Of a stretch of DNA of 64,000 nucleotides, positions 1 to 11,544 are shown piece after piece. The notes below the pieces were generated by a model. The model made no database searches, had not been told where the DNA came from, and saw nothing but the letters and a program-made list of their open reading frames with translations. Every line of letters starts with the position of its first letter. The stretch's first letter is position 1. Origin of the DNA: Gemmatimonadota bacterium (GTDB taxonomy: Bacteria > Gemmatimonadota > Gemmatimonadetes > Gemmatimonadales > JACORV01); NCBI GenBank assembly GCA_041476105.1, contig JBGOSS010000006.1:1099-65098 (forward strand), written 5' to 3'. The position numbers and the translations under genes are program-made.

Positions 1-1
1 C

Positions 2-2300
<2,299 letters not shown>

Positions 2301-2301
<1 letters not shown>

Positions 2302-2675
2302 TGCCGAGGATCCTGCTGGTCGAGGACAACGAGATGAACCGCGACATGCTTTCGCGCCGGCTGGTGCGCAAGGGCTTCGAGGTCGAGATGGCGGTGGACG
2401 GCCGCGTCGGCGTCGAGATGGGCCGCGCCGGCAAGTACGACCTCATCCTGATGGACATGAGCCTGCCCGAGGTGGACGGCTGGGAGGCCACGCGGCAGCT
2501 GCGCGCCGCGCCGGAGACGGCCACCGTGCCGATCATCGCGCTGACCGCGCACGCCATGGCGGGCGACCGCGACAAGGCGCTCGAGGCCGGCTGCAACGAC
2601 TACGACACCAAGCCGATCGAGCTGGACCGCTTGTTAGGCAAGATGGCGGCGCTGCTGCCGGTGGCGCCGAAGTGA
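2301..2675 (+). CDS. Single-domain response regulator (CheY-like receiver)
   Basis: MPRILLVEDNEMNRDML..., phospho-acceptor context DLILMDMSLPEVDG, conserved TKP lysine. The ATG at 2301 overlaps the kinase stop (TGATG). The track start at 2298 is a TTG one codon upstream. Confidence 0.9.
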
Positions 2676-4570
2676 GCCACTCCGCCCCCGGCAGCAACCC
2701 GGTCGCGGCGCTGCGCCACGACCTGCGCACCCCCGTCAACCACATCGTGGGCTACGCCGAGATGCTGCTCGAGGACCTCGAGGGCCCCGGGCACGAGGCG
2801 CAGCGCGACGCGCTGGAGCGGGCGCTGGCCGCCGCGCGCGACGCGCTCAAGGTCATCTCCCTGGTGCTGGCCCCGACCCGCGACGCGATCGAGCCCGGCG
2901 AGCTGACCGGGCTCTACACCCGGCTCGAGGACCCGCAGCGCCGCATTCACGAGGCGGTGCGCGCGATCCTCGCGGCCGCCGGCGAGCCGCCCACGCCCAA
3001 CTTCGTGGAGGACCTGCACCGCATCGAGGCCGCGGCCGCGCGGCTGGTGCCCAAGCAAGGGACCGGCGTGGCCACGGCCGCGCCGGGCAACGGGGTGGGG
3101 GGCACCGGCAAGGCGCGGGTGCTGGTGGTGGACGACGAGGAGGGCAACCGCGACCTCCTCGGCCGGCGGCTCCAGCGCGAGGGGTATGCCGTGGTGTCGG
3201 CGTCGGGCGGCCACGAGGCGCTCGCCGTCATGGCGCGCGAGGCTGTTGACGTGGTGCTGCTCGACGTGCTGATGCCCGACCTCGACGGGCTCGCCGTGCT
3301 GGAGCGTCTCAAGGCCGACCCCGCGACGCACGACGTGCCGGTCATCATGATCTCGGCGCTCGACGACCTGTCGGCGATCGCGCACTGCATCGAGGCGGGC
3401 GCGGTGGACTACCTCCCCAAGCCCTTCGAACCAGTGGTATTGCGGGCGCGGTTGTCGGCTTCGCTGGCACAGAAGCGGTATAGAGACCAGGAGCGCGAAG
3501 TGGCGCGGGCCCTGGGCGTGGTGAGCGACGCCGCGAGCGCGGTGGAGGCGGGCACCTACCGCGCCGGGCAGTTGGGCGAGGTGGCGCAGCGCGGCGACGC
3601 GGTGGGGCGGCTGGCCCGGGTGATGGATCGCATGGCGACCGAGGTGGGTGAGCGCGAGCGGCGGCTGCGCGGCCGGCTCGACCTGCTCAAGGGCGAGATC
3701 ACCGTGGCGCGCAAGACCGCCGAGCACGTGACGGAAGAATGGGACGACCGGCTGCGCACCGGCGAGACCTTCGCCGGGCGCTACACCATCGAGGCGGTGC
3801 TGGGCCGCGGCGGGATGGGGACGGTCTACAAGGCGCGCGACAGCGAGCTGGGCGAGATGGTGGCCATCAAGACTCTGCGTCCCGAGATGGTGAAGGACGC
3901 CGACTCGCGCGAGCGCTTCAAGGACGAGATCCGCCTGACGCGGCGCATCACCCACCGCAACGTCGTCCGGACCCACGATTTCGGCGAGTCGAACGGCCTC
4001 TGGTACCTGACGATGGAGTACGTCGAGGGGCTGACGGTGCGCGAGCTGCTCGACGTGCGCCGGCGGCTCGAGGTCGAGCCGGCGCTGGCGATCGGGATCC
4101 AGCTGGCCGAGTCGCTGGTGGTGGCGCACGGGATGGGCGTGATCCACCGCGACATCAAGCCGCAGAACATGCTGCTGGACGACGCGGGGGTGTTGAAGGT
4201 GATGGACTTCGGCGTGGCGCGGCTGGCCGAGAGCACGGCGAGCCACACCCAGGACGGGATGATCGTGGGGACGCCGATGTACATGTCGCCCGAGCAGCTC
4301 ACCGGCGAGACGGTGGATGCGCGCACCGATCTCTACTCGGTGGGGGTCGTGCTCTTCGAGATACTGACCGGCGAGCTGCCCCTCCACTCACCGACCGTGA
4401 TGGGGCTGTTCACCAAGGTGCTGGGCGAGCCGCCCAAGCGGCCGGGCGCGCTGGTCGAGGGCGTGCCGCCGGCGCTCGACGAGCTGATCGTGCAGCTGCT
4501 TGCCAAGCAGGCCGCCGACCGGGTGCCGAGCGCGGCGGTGCTGGTGGAGCGGCTCCAGGCGCTGGCGTAA
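2672..4570 (+). CDS. Hybrid signalling protein: HisKA-like H-box (no ATPase domain) + receiver + Ser/Thr protein kinase
   Basis: GTG start overlaps the regulator stop (GTGA). N-terminus AALRHDLRTPVNHIVGYAEML is an H-box with no N/G boxes after it. Receiver: VLVVDDEEGNRDLL...VVLLDVLMPDLDG...YLPKP. Kinase: GRGGMGTVYKA, VAIK, HRDIKPQNMLL, DFGVA, GTPMYMSPEQ. Confidence 0.9.
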   Translation: MSHSAPGSNPVAALRHDLRTPVNHIVGYAEMLLEDLEGPGHEAQRDALERALAAARDALKVISLVLAPTRDAIEPGELTGLYTRLEDPQRRIHEAVRAILAAAGEPPTPNFVEDLHRIEAAAARLVPKQGTGVATAAPGNGVGGTGKARVLVVDDEEGNRDLLGRRLQREGYAVVSASGGHEALAVMAREAVDVVLLDVLMPDLDGLAVLERLKADPATHDVPVIMISALDDLSAIAHCIEAGAVDYLPKPFEPVVLRARLSASLAQKRYRDQEREVARALGVVSDAASAVEAGTYRAGQLGEVAQRGDAVGRLARVMDRMATEVGERERRLRGRLDLLKGEITVARKTAEHVTEEWDDRLRTGETFAGRYTIEAVLGRGGMGTVYKARDSELGEMVAIKTLRPEMVKDADSRERFKDEIRLTRRITHRNVVRTHDFGESNGLWYLTMEYVEGLTVRELLDVRRRLEVEPALAIGIQLAESLVVAHGMGVIHRDIKPQNMLLDDAGVLKVMDFGVARLAESTASHTQDGMIVGTPMYMSPEQLTGETVDARTDLYSVGVVLFEILTGELPLHSPTVMGLFTKVLGEPPKRPGALVEGVPPALDELIVQLLAKQAADRVPSAAVLVERLQALA

Positions 4571-5205
4571 TGTTCGTCCCCACGCTCTACGCCGAAACCG
4601 ACCCGGCCGTCGTCGACCAGTTCATCCGCGACCACGGTTTCGCGACCCTGGTCACCGCCGCGGGCACCGAGCCCTTCGCGACCCACATCCCCCTCGAGTT
4701 GGTGCACACGAGCGACGGCCGGCGCGTGCTCGAAGGCCACGTCTCGCGCGCCAATCCGCACTGGCGCGAGCTTGAATCGGGCGCTCGCGCCCTCGCGATC
4801 TTCGCGGGGCCGCACACCTACGTCTCGTCCACCTGGTACGGGCAGGAGAACGTACCGACTTGGAACTACATGGTCGTGCACGCCTGGGGCACGGCGCGCA
4901 TGGTGACCAGCGAAACCGCGCAACGCGAAATGCTCCAGCGCCTGGCTCGCCACTACGAGCCGGAGGATGCCGCGCCCCCGCGCTTCGAGGTGGATGGGCT
5001 CTCGCCCGGATTCTACGCCAAGGAGGTCCGCGGCATCGTCGGCTTCACCATCGAGGTGGATCGCGTGCAGGCCTCGTTCAAGTTGAGCCAGAATCGCAAC
5101 CCGGCCGACCACGCCAACGTGATCCGCCGACTCCTCGAGCGCGGAGACGAAAACTCGGTTGCTATCGCGCGCGCCATGGCCGCGCCGCGCCCCGCGCCGC
5201 CTTGA
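4570..5205 (+). CDS. PaiB-family FMN-binding putative transcriptional regulator
   Basis: In-frame ATG at 4570 overlaps the upstream TAA (TAATG). MFVPTLYAETDPAVVDQFIRDHGFATLVT...HIPLEL...GHVSRANPHW...FKLSQNR matches the PaiB/FMN-binding split-barrel pattern. The longer track ORF 3739..5205 is an out-of-frame shadow of the kinase gene. Confidence 0.8.
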   Translation: MFVPTLYAETDPAVVDQFIRDHGFATLVTAAGTEPFATHIPLELVHTSDGRRVLEGHVSRANPHWRELESGARALAIFAGPHTYVSSTWYGQENVPTWNYMVVHAWGTARMVTSETAQREMLQRLARHYEPEDAAPPRFEVDGLSPGFYAKEVRGIVGFTIEVDRVQASFKLSQNRNPADHANVIRRLLERGDENSVAIARAMAAPRPAPP

Positions 5206-5215
5206 ACTCTCCCGT

Positions 5216-7432
5216 TCACGGCGACGACGGTCGGCACGATGCAGGCATGGGCCAGATCGCCTCGGCCATCTCGACTCGCTGGACCAGCACCACGCGCATC
5301 TCTTGACCGGTGGGCGACGGAGGCCCTACCGGCCGCCACCGCAGGCGCCACCGGTATCCGTGCCGTCCCCGTCCCGAGACCGCACGCAGCTCGAAAAAGG
5401 GGTCGTCGTCCCAGGTGACCAGCTGCCAACCGGAAACCGGGTCGCGACGCTCGATCCGGACGATCGCGCCGCTGGGGAACATCCGGCCTGGGTAGACGTC
5501 CAACCAATCAACGGTGAGTTCCCGCCCGGTGCACGCCCAGCTCAAAACCCGCCGCGCCACCTGGGCCGGCGCCGGCCCCTCGTTGGCCAGCGGCATGATC
5601 CGGCTCCGGCGACCCGGATTGATGGTGATCGGTTCGACCCGGTTCAGTGCCGGATCGTCCGATGCCGGGTTCAGGTGTGACGCCAACTCGCGCAACGCGT
5701 CCGCGACCACGCCGACCGTATGCGGACCGTAGAGGTCGGAGCCGCCCTCATACTCCTGCACCGTGTACTCGGCGGTCGTGGGCATATAGCTCACGTATCC
5801 GTTGGCGATGCTGACGACGGAGATGTGGGACACGCTGTCGCCCAGCGCCCCCAGGCCGGCGCGCATGGCCCGCCTGAGCTGCTCGCCGGCGACCATCGTG
5901 GCTTCGAACGGCGTCGTCCCCAGGACCGTCCCACCGATACGGACGACGCTGAGCTGGATGGCCGACGGCGCGCCACCAGCCGAGGAGACGGACCATTGGA
6001 GTGGCGGGAATAGCGGAGGCTTCTCGGCCTGACATCCCGCTTTGCGGCCGCGCGCCGCGTGTGGCCCTTCACCGAGGGGCCACAGGTGGAACGGCAACAG
6101 GACCGGTACGGGAAGCGACAGGAAGCGCCAGCCATTCAGGCGGCTCAGGCCGTCAGGCCCCGACCCGCCCGGCTCGCTCACCCCGATCTGTGAATGCTGG
6201 CATAGCGGGTACTCCGCCGTGGGACCGGTGAGCGGCAGGGTGCGAAAGGCGCGCGCCACGGTGGCGTTCGCGACAAGGCTGTCCGCCAGCGACATGAACA
6301 ATGCGACCGCCCGGTCGCCCATCCGGATCCCCGCCGCGTTGAGATAGCGCCGCGCCGGATCCCGGCACGCTTCCATGCGGGAGGGACGCGGATCCCTCCA
6401 CTCGGGAGCGGGGAGCGGAGCCATCGGTCCAGGCGCCCGGCCGCTGGGCACCAATCGCGTGAGGGGGCACCGGCTCTCCTCCGGCCAGTTTGCCGTAATG
6501 TCGCCGTGGTTGGCATTGACCAGCAGATGGCTGGCGGGCGACGCGGGAGCCCCCGCCGCGGCGTTCGAGGAGTCGATGAATCGCTCGAGGCGGCGCTCCA
6601 GGGGGCCGAAGATGTCCGCATCGTACAGCTCCTCGACGGTCGGATTGACCGTCGGGTGCAGCGAGTAGGAGCTGAGCGCGCCCGCCGGCCGGCAGTGAGC
6701 GCCCGATGCGTCGCAGCGGTCCACGCGCAGCATCAGCCACGTCGGGTCGACGGCGCGATACGCTCCGCGCAATGAGTCGGGCGGATTGAATTGGGGCAGT
6801 GAGTCGATGGGGTCTTGCTCAAAGGCGCGAGGGCTGCGGTTCCGGGCGTCCCCCCAGACCGCCATCGTTCCCCACGCGACCCTGGCGGGCGCGAGGCTGT
6901 CGAGCGCGGTGCGAAGCGCGCGCGTGAACCCGGAGTCCAGATAGTCCACGATCCGCGGGTCGTAGCTTTCCACGGAGGCCGCGTACCGGTTGTACATGTC
7001 GTCGTCGAGGAAGTTGGCGGGCCCGGTATGGGTATGCGTGGCGATCGCGATGATCCGATCAGCGCCCAGCCGGTCGGGCAGGAAGTGCTGGGCCACGCGG
7101 CGCTGAAGCTGCGAGGACACCATCCCGAGATCGGCGACGACGAAGGCAATCCGCTCGCCCCGCGCGTCCTCCAGCACCAGCGCTCGAGCGTAGAGACGTT
7201 GCCGGTGACCCATCGCCCGGCGGCCATCGGGTCCGTAGCCGGCCATCCCGATGCCGGGCGGTGGAGTGATGTCGGCGCGCCCGAAGCCCGCTCGGAGCAC
7301 ATGCTCCGGCGGCACCACGCTAGGCAGCGACTGGGGAGTGGGCAGTCGGATCGACTGCGGCTTGCAGCTCAGTGCCAGGGCCAGGGTCGCTCCGCCTAAC
7401 GCCCGAACCAGGTTGCGCGTGATGGGGTTCAT
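5216..7432 (-). CDS. Neutral/alkaline ceramidase-family lipoprotein
   Basis: Internal start MNPITRNLVRALGGATLALALSC gives a lipobox-like signal. The ATG overlaps the upstream stop (TGATG). RADITPPPGIGMAGYG, LYARALVLED, FVVADLGMVS and IATHTHTGPANF are typical of the neutral ceramidase N-terminal domain. Confidence 0.8.
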   Translation of the reverse strand: MNPITRNLVRALGGATLALALSCKPQSIRLPTPQSLPSVVPPEHVLRAGFGRADITPPPGIGMAGYGPDGRRAMGHRQRLYARALVLEDARGERIAFVVADLGMVSSQLQRRVAQHFLPDRLGADRIIAIATHTHTGPANFLDDDMYNRYAASVESYDPRIVDYLDSGFTRALRTALDSLAPARVAWGTMAVWGDARNRSPRAFEQDPIDSLPQFNPPDSLRGAYRAVDPTWLMLRVDRCDASGAHCRPAGALSSYSLHPTVNPTVEELYDADIFGPLERRLERFIDSSNAAAGAPASPASHLLVNANHGDITANWPEESRCPLTRLVPSGRAPGPMAPLPAPEWRDPRPSRMEACRDPARRYLNAAGIRMGDRAVALFMSLADSLVANATVARAFRTLPLTGPTAEYPLCQHSQIGVSEPGGSGPDGLSRLNGWRFLSLPVPVLLPFHLWPLGEGPHAARGRKAGCQAEKPPLFPPLQWSVSSAGGAPSAIQLSVVRIGGTVLGTTPFEATMVAGEQLRRAMRAGLGALGDSVSHISVVSIANGYVSYMPTTAEYTVQEYEGGSDLYGPHTVGVVADALRELASHLNPASDDPALNRVEPITINPGRRSRIMPLANEGPAPAQVARRVLSWACTGRELTVDWLDVYPGRMFPSGAIVRIERRDPVSGWQLVTWDDDPFFELRAVSGRGRHGYRWRLRWRPVGPPSPTGQEMRVVLVQRVEMAEAIWPMPASCRPSSP

Positions 7433-8227
7433 CAGAAAGAGGTGCTCATCCCGAGCGAAGCCCAGGACGTGTGCCCCCGCTCGGGCGTCCGCGGTAGCGT
7501 GCCTCCACGACGCGTCAGGCTGTCGCGGTTGAGTTGGTAGTGCCACGCGGCCCGAATGGCGACCGCACCGACCCGGAAGTTCGGGGCAAGGGCGATGTCC
7601 ACGTACGTGACGCCGTTCCGTGACGCGCTACCGTTCCCCTTGCTCCGCAGTGCCTGCGAGACGCTGATACCCGCCGTCACGATCACATCGAGATTCGCAT
7701 ACAGCGGAACCAGTGGCAGCGGCTGGAGCAGGCTGGTCTCCACGAACGTGCCACGGACCTTGTCGATGTCCTGCCAGAGCGTCACGACGGGCGTGAGGGG
7801 AAGCCTGACGAGCTGGGCTCGCACGTAGAGACTCGGTGGTGTTGTTGGCCGAGGTACGGAGAGCGGCGGTATCGCTTGAGGGATACAGGTAGCGGACCAC
7901 TCCGGCGCGCACGTCGACGTCGGTCAGGCGGTGCGAGCCTTCGAACCAGAGCGCCCCTTCGGCAAGCGCCCGCTTGCCCGGCCCCACATCCGATAGCTGA
8001 CCGGTTCGCGTCGTGACGAACTGGTAGGCGCCCCAGGCACCCACGGCCCAGGAAATGCCGGCGATGGGATGCGCCGCGGAGGCCGAGAGGAGCGCGGTGC
8101 CGCGCTCGGATCGCGTGAGCCCGCGCAGGACGTGCCGGCTCGCAACGTCGATGTTGACGTTGAACTGCGCCGACGCGGGAGAGGCAACCGCGGCGGCGAG
8201 GGCGGCGAGAACTATCGCGCGGTGCAT
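7432..8227 (-). pseudogene. TorF/Gcw_chp-like outer-membrane beta-barrel gene, apparently interrupted by a 1-nt frameshift near 7828-7834
   Basis: ORF 7628..8227 has a signal peptide (MHRAIVLAALAAAVASPASAQ) and SRHVLRGLTRSERG...AGISWAVGAWGAY. ORF 7432..7824 in another frame continues as (LY)VRAQLVRLPLTPV...LGMSTSF, with an alternating beta pattern and a C-terminal F. Frames join around ACCACCGAGTCTCTACGTG. This could also be a sequencing error. Confidence 0.5.
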
Positions 8228-8347
8228 GGATGATGGTATCCGCGGCTGGAGAAAGGCGTAACTGGGGGTAGCCCGAGCTTGCGGGGCAAGCCCCGGTGTG
8301 TAGGTCTAGGCTGATCCGGGTGGCGCGGCCAATCGAGGAGGTACGCA

Positions 8348-10120
8348 ATGAGTCGGAGGACGAGGGTACCTCGTGCGGTTGCGTTCTGCGTTCTTGCCGC
8401 TGCCATCCTCGGCTGCCGGCCAGCCGGGGTGGTATGGGACGAACTTCGCGGCGGGTCCACCCGCATCGGCCCGGTGCTGGAGGCGAGCGGAAAGCCACAG
8501 GCGATAGGGCATCCAGACCTTGGCGCGAGCCTGCGTCTCTCCCAGACCGTCATTCACTCGATTCTCGATGTCCGAATGGATCTCAGTGTGAGAAACGCCA
8601 CTCTTCCCACGATCGGCGCGCGAACTCTGAAGGGCTACGGCTTCAGCGGTCGAGTCAACCTGGTTGGCGGATATCCCCGGTGGCAGGAAGGCATCGTCGT
8701 AGGGTGGGACCGGCTGGGAGGCATGGCCGGGCACAGCTGGCACATTGGCGCCGGAACGGCGTTCTCACTGGCGCGCGGACAGCGCATGCAGGTGGAGCTC
8801 GAGGCCGAGAACCGTTACCCCACTAGTAAGAACCCATGGGGTTTTCGACTGTCGATCGCTTCGTTCTTCAGCCCGAAGGCGTTGTTTTCCCGGATTCATC
8901 CTGGTGCCATGAACGTCGTTCCTGACTCCGGGTACGACGCCAACGGCCTTCCCGTCAATCCGCGGTGGGCGCGATCGAGGCCGGATGCGGACGGCGAGTG
9001 TCGCTTCTGGTTCGCGCAGACGTCGATGACACCCGTCCTCATCTACCGGCCGGAGTGCACCAGTCATCCCGTCAGTCTCAACCAGCCACTCTTTCTTCAC
9101 CCCCCGCTCTTCGGTTTCACGTGCGGTGTCCGCGACGTGGAGCCGATCATCCGGGGTCATGTCAACTGGTTTCCGGTTACGATAAGAAACGACATACACT
9201 CGGCGGAATATGAGAGCGGCAAGACCAGGGACAATGATGTGAATCTTTACATCTATGCACCAGGCCTGGCATCCCGCGGCAACGGTAGTGGGCGGGATGC
9301 TGTCCAGCGGCAACTCATCGAGGCGGAGTTCCGGGCAACCGAGACGTTCCGGCACTTCAACACCCAGGACGGGGGGCCCCTGTGGGACGGTCTTATCGAT
9401 CTCGAGCGGGACGCGTCGGCGCTGGGTTCGCTCCTCGGCGGACGTCGCGCTGTGCTGACGGGGCTGCTGGGTCTCGACGGCGTGCATTTCTTCCAGACCG
9501 AGTTGCATCCCGTGTGGGCCCTGGCTGTGGACGTGACCAACTCCGCCGCGCGCTCCGTTCCGTTCGAGCCGGGGGAGGAGCAATGGCTCTGGTTCATTCG
9601 CAACACGGGCGATGAAGGTGAGTGCGCCGACGGCGTCCTCCCCTGGCATGCCGACAGCGCGGGCCACTACAGTCTGGAGATTCCATGGCCCGCCCACGCG
9701 GTCGACGTTGAGGTTTTGCCGAGCCCGAGTGGAGCCGTTGGCCTAGTCAGGAAGCTCGCTATCGAGATCGATTCGCCGGGCGTACGTCTCGTCGCCGATC
9801 TGCCCAACCCGCTCGACCGGGATTCCACCGCGGTGGTGTACGGCACGCTGAGACTGCGCTGGATCTTCCCCGTGACCGCGCTGGCCGCGCGGGATACGGC
9901 GGGCGTGCGCACCGTGGCGCCGCCCCGCAGGAGGCGCGGCGAGATCCGGGCAGATTCGATCCCTGAACAGCGATGGGCTACCCGATCCACGGCTGTGACG
10001 GCAGGGCCCCCCCTGCGGATACGGCGAGGGCCGGGCACCAGGGCAAGAGTGCTTGACGTGCCGACCCCACCGGTCTCGACCCAACAGCCGCCACAGCCCC
10101 AGGGCGTGCCGCAGCCCTGA
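8348..10120 (+). CDS. Hypothetical lipoprotein (590 aa), no recognised domain
   Basis: AGGAGG 7 nt upstream of the ATG. Signal and lipobox AFCVLAAAILGC. Longest ORF in the region. Codon usage has a visibly lower GC3 than the neighbours. Pro/Arg-rich C-terminus. Confidence 0.6.
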   Translation: MSRRTRVPRAVAFCVLAAAILGCRPAGVVWDELRGGSTRIGPVLEASGKPQAIGHPDLGASLRLSQTVIHSILDVRMDLSVRNATLPTIGARTLKGYGFSGRVNLVGGYPRWQEGIVVGWDRLGGMAGHSWHIGAGTAFSLARGQRMQVELEAENRYPTSKNPWGFRLSIASFFSPKALFSRIHPGAMNVVPDSGYDANGLPVNPRWARSRPDADGECRFWFAQTSMTPVLIYRPECTSHPVSLNQPLFLHPPLFGFTCGVRDVEPIIRGHVNWFPVTIRNDIHSAEYESGKTRDNDVNLYIYAPGLASRGNGSGRDAVQRQLIEAEFRATETFRHFNTQDGGPLWDGLIDLERDASALGSLLGGRRAVLTGLLGLDGVHFFQTELHPVWALAVDVTNSAARSVPFEPGEEQWLWFIRNTGDEGECADGVLPWHADSAGHYSLEIPWPAHAVDVEVLPSPSGAVGLVRKLAIEIDSPGVRLVADLPNPLDRDSTAVVYGTLRLRWIFPVTALAARDTAGVRTVAPPRRRRGEIRADSIPEQRWATRSTAVTAGPPLRIRRGPGTRARVLDVPTPPVSTQQPPQPQGVPQP

Positions 10121-10138
10121 TGGGCCAAGGGGGAAAGC

Positions 10139-10948
10139 GTGACCGACAGCCTGCACCGTCTACAGTGGGCCACGTCCCACAACTCGTACGACTCTGCCCA
10201 GCAGAAGGTCGCGGCCAATCTGCCATTCGACCCTGCCCGCTTCTACGACGCGGGATTCCGTGGCGTCGAGCTGGACATCGTGCAGCATGACGCGGCCCCG
10301 GAGTGGTGTGTGCGGCACGGTGGGTTCTTCAGCTTCGACTACAAACTACTTTCCTCGTACCTCGTGGATCTTCGTGACTGGTCCAGGCAGGCCGCCGGCC
10401 ACGACCCGGTCTTCATCCACCTCGACTGCAAGGATTTCACGGTTCGCGAAGGCTTTCCGGACCAGCTCGACGGCTACCTCCAGCGCTTTCTTGGTGACCA
10501 GCCCGTGTACCGGCCAGCCGACCTGATAAGGAGTGGAAGCGATCTCATGCAGAGCGCCATGGCCAGCGGCTGGCCGACTCCTGATTCGCTCGCGGGCAGA
10601 TTCATTGTCGTATTGACCGGTGAGCGAAGCCCCAAGGAGAACTACGCATCCACAAGTCCCGCTTCGCGGCTCTGCTTTGCGGACGTCGATCTGCACTTCG
10701 GCTTCGACACGGACCATGGCTCGCGCATCATCGCCAATTCCGACGCGGTTCTGCTCTCCGATCGCTCCGACTTCGGGAGTTGGTGCGCGGCAAGGCAGGC
10801 GGTGCTCTGGAGGGTGTATTTCGCTGAGACGGCGCCGGACTTCGACCGGCTGGCCAATCTTGGCGCGAACATGATCGCGGCGGCGACGACCTTCCCCCTA
10901 TCGAAGCGTGGATTCTGGCCCAATCCCAAGTCGCAGGGCACTGTCTAG
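10139..10948 (+). CDS. PLC-like phosphodiesterase (Ca-dependent PI-PLC X-domain-like), no signal peptide
   Basis: GTG start preceded by GGGGGA. N-terminus LQWATSHNSYDS and FRGVELDIVQHD resemble the catalytic His and the Glu/Asp Ca ligands of bacterial Ca-dependent PI-PLC (Streptomyces SaPLC1 type). Confidence 0.65.
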   Translation: MTDSLHRLQWATSHNSYDSAQQKVAANLPFDPARFYDAGFRGVELDIVQHDAAPEWCVRHGGFFSFDYKLLSSYLVDLRDWSRQAAGHDPVFIHLDCKDFTVREGFPDQLDGYLQRFLGDQPVYRPADLIRSGSDLMQSAMASGWPTPDSLAGRFIVVLTGERSPKENYASTSPASRLCFADVDLHFGFDTDHGSRIIANSDAVLLSDRSDFGSWCAARQAVLWRVYFAETAPDFDRLANLGANMIAAATTFPLSKRGFWPNPKSQGTV

Positions 10949-11060
10949 CCCAGAACTGCAACACGGCCGGGGCCTGCACCTTTTCGCTCCGCGACGCGCT
11001 GTTGCGATACTCGGCCCGCCGAGCGTAAGGTGTAGCATGGCACTGACCTGGGAGGGTCGG

Positions 11061-11384
11061 ATGCCAGTGACGGCAAAGTTGTCCCGGAAGTTCTACGAGA
11101 AGCTCGGCGACGAAGTCGCGGACGAGCTTGTGGAGTGGTTCAATAGCGTGGACTCGAGCCAGCGGGTGGCGTTCAAGGAGTTGTTCGAGGCGAATTTCGG
11201 GCGCCTCGAAACGCGCATCGACGACCTGGAGGCGAGATCCGGCGCGCGCCTTGTCGCGCTGGAGAGTCGCTTCGAGGCTCGGATGGACGCCAAGCTCGAG
11301 GCCCTCAAGGCCGAACTACTGAAGTGGATGTTCCTCTTCTGGGTCGGCACCATGGGTACCGTTCTCGCGATTCTCAAGCTCTGA
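11061..11384 (+). CDS. Coiled-coil, C-terminally anchored small membrane protein (DUF1640-like)
   Basis: GGAGGG 5 nt upstream of ATG 11061. Heptad-like RLETRIDDLEARSGARLVALESRFEARMDAKLEALKAELLK, followed by one hydrophobic helix WMFLFWVGTMGTVLAIL. Confidence 0.6.
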   Translation: MPVTAKLSRKFYEKLGDEVADELVEWFNSVDSSQRVAFKELFEANFGRLETRIDDLEARSGARLVALESRFEARMDAKLEALKAELLKWMFLFWVGTMGTVLAILKL

Positions 11385-11385
11385 G

Positions 11386-11532
11386 ATGCCAGACCGCCTC
11401 GCCATGGTCATCATCCCGCGGCCGCCCAGGAAGGTCCGTGAAGCCCTTGGCGAAGACGTGGTCGATCAGCTCATGGACTGGATCATTGCGGTCCACAACG
11501 GCGGCTACTCGGCGGCTCCACAGAACCGATAG
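11386..11532 (+). CDS. 48-codon ORF resembling the N-terminal part of the preceding gene (possible truncated paralogue)
   Basis: My own translation: MPDRLAMVIIPRPPRKVREALGEDVVDQLMDWIIAVHNGGYSAAPQNR*. The segment KVREALGEDVVDQLMDWI parallels KFYEKLGDEVADELVEWF of 11061..11384. It starts 2 nt after the upstream stop. It is below the ORF-track size cutoff. Confidence 0.3.
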   Translation: MPDRLAMVIIPRPPRKVREALGEDVVDQLMDWIIAVHNGGYSAAPQNR

Positions 11533-11544
11533 CAGGGCTGCGCG

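Noticed and set aside
2600-4387. 595-aa ORF on the - strand
   Set aside because: It is antisense to the HisKA-REC-Ser/Thr kinase gene, which has unambiguous motifs. This is a shadow ORF.
7800-7860. Programmed +1 ribosomal frameshift in the porin-like gene
   Set aside because: There is no recognisable slippery or hungry-codon context or stimulatory structure. A simple 1-nt indel (mutation or sequencing error) is the more economical explanation.
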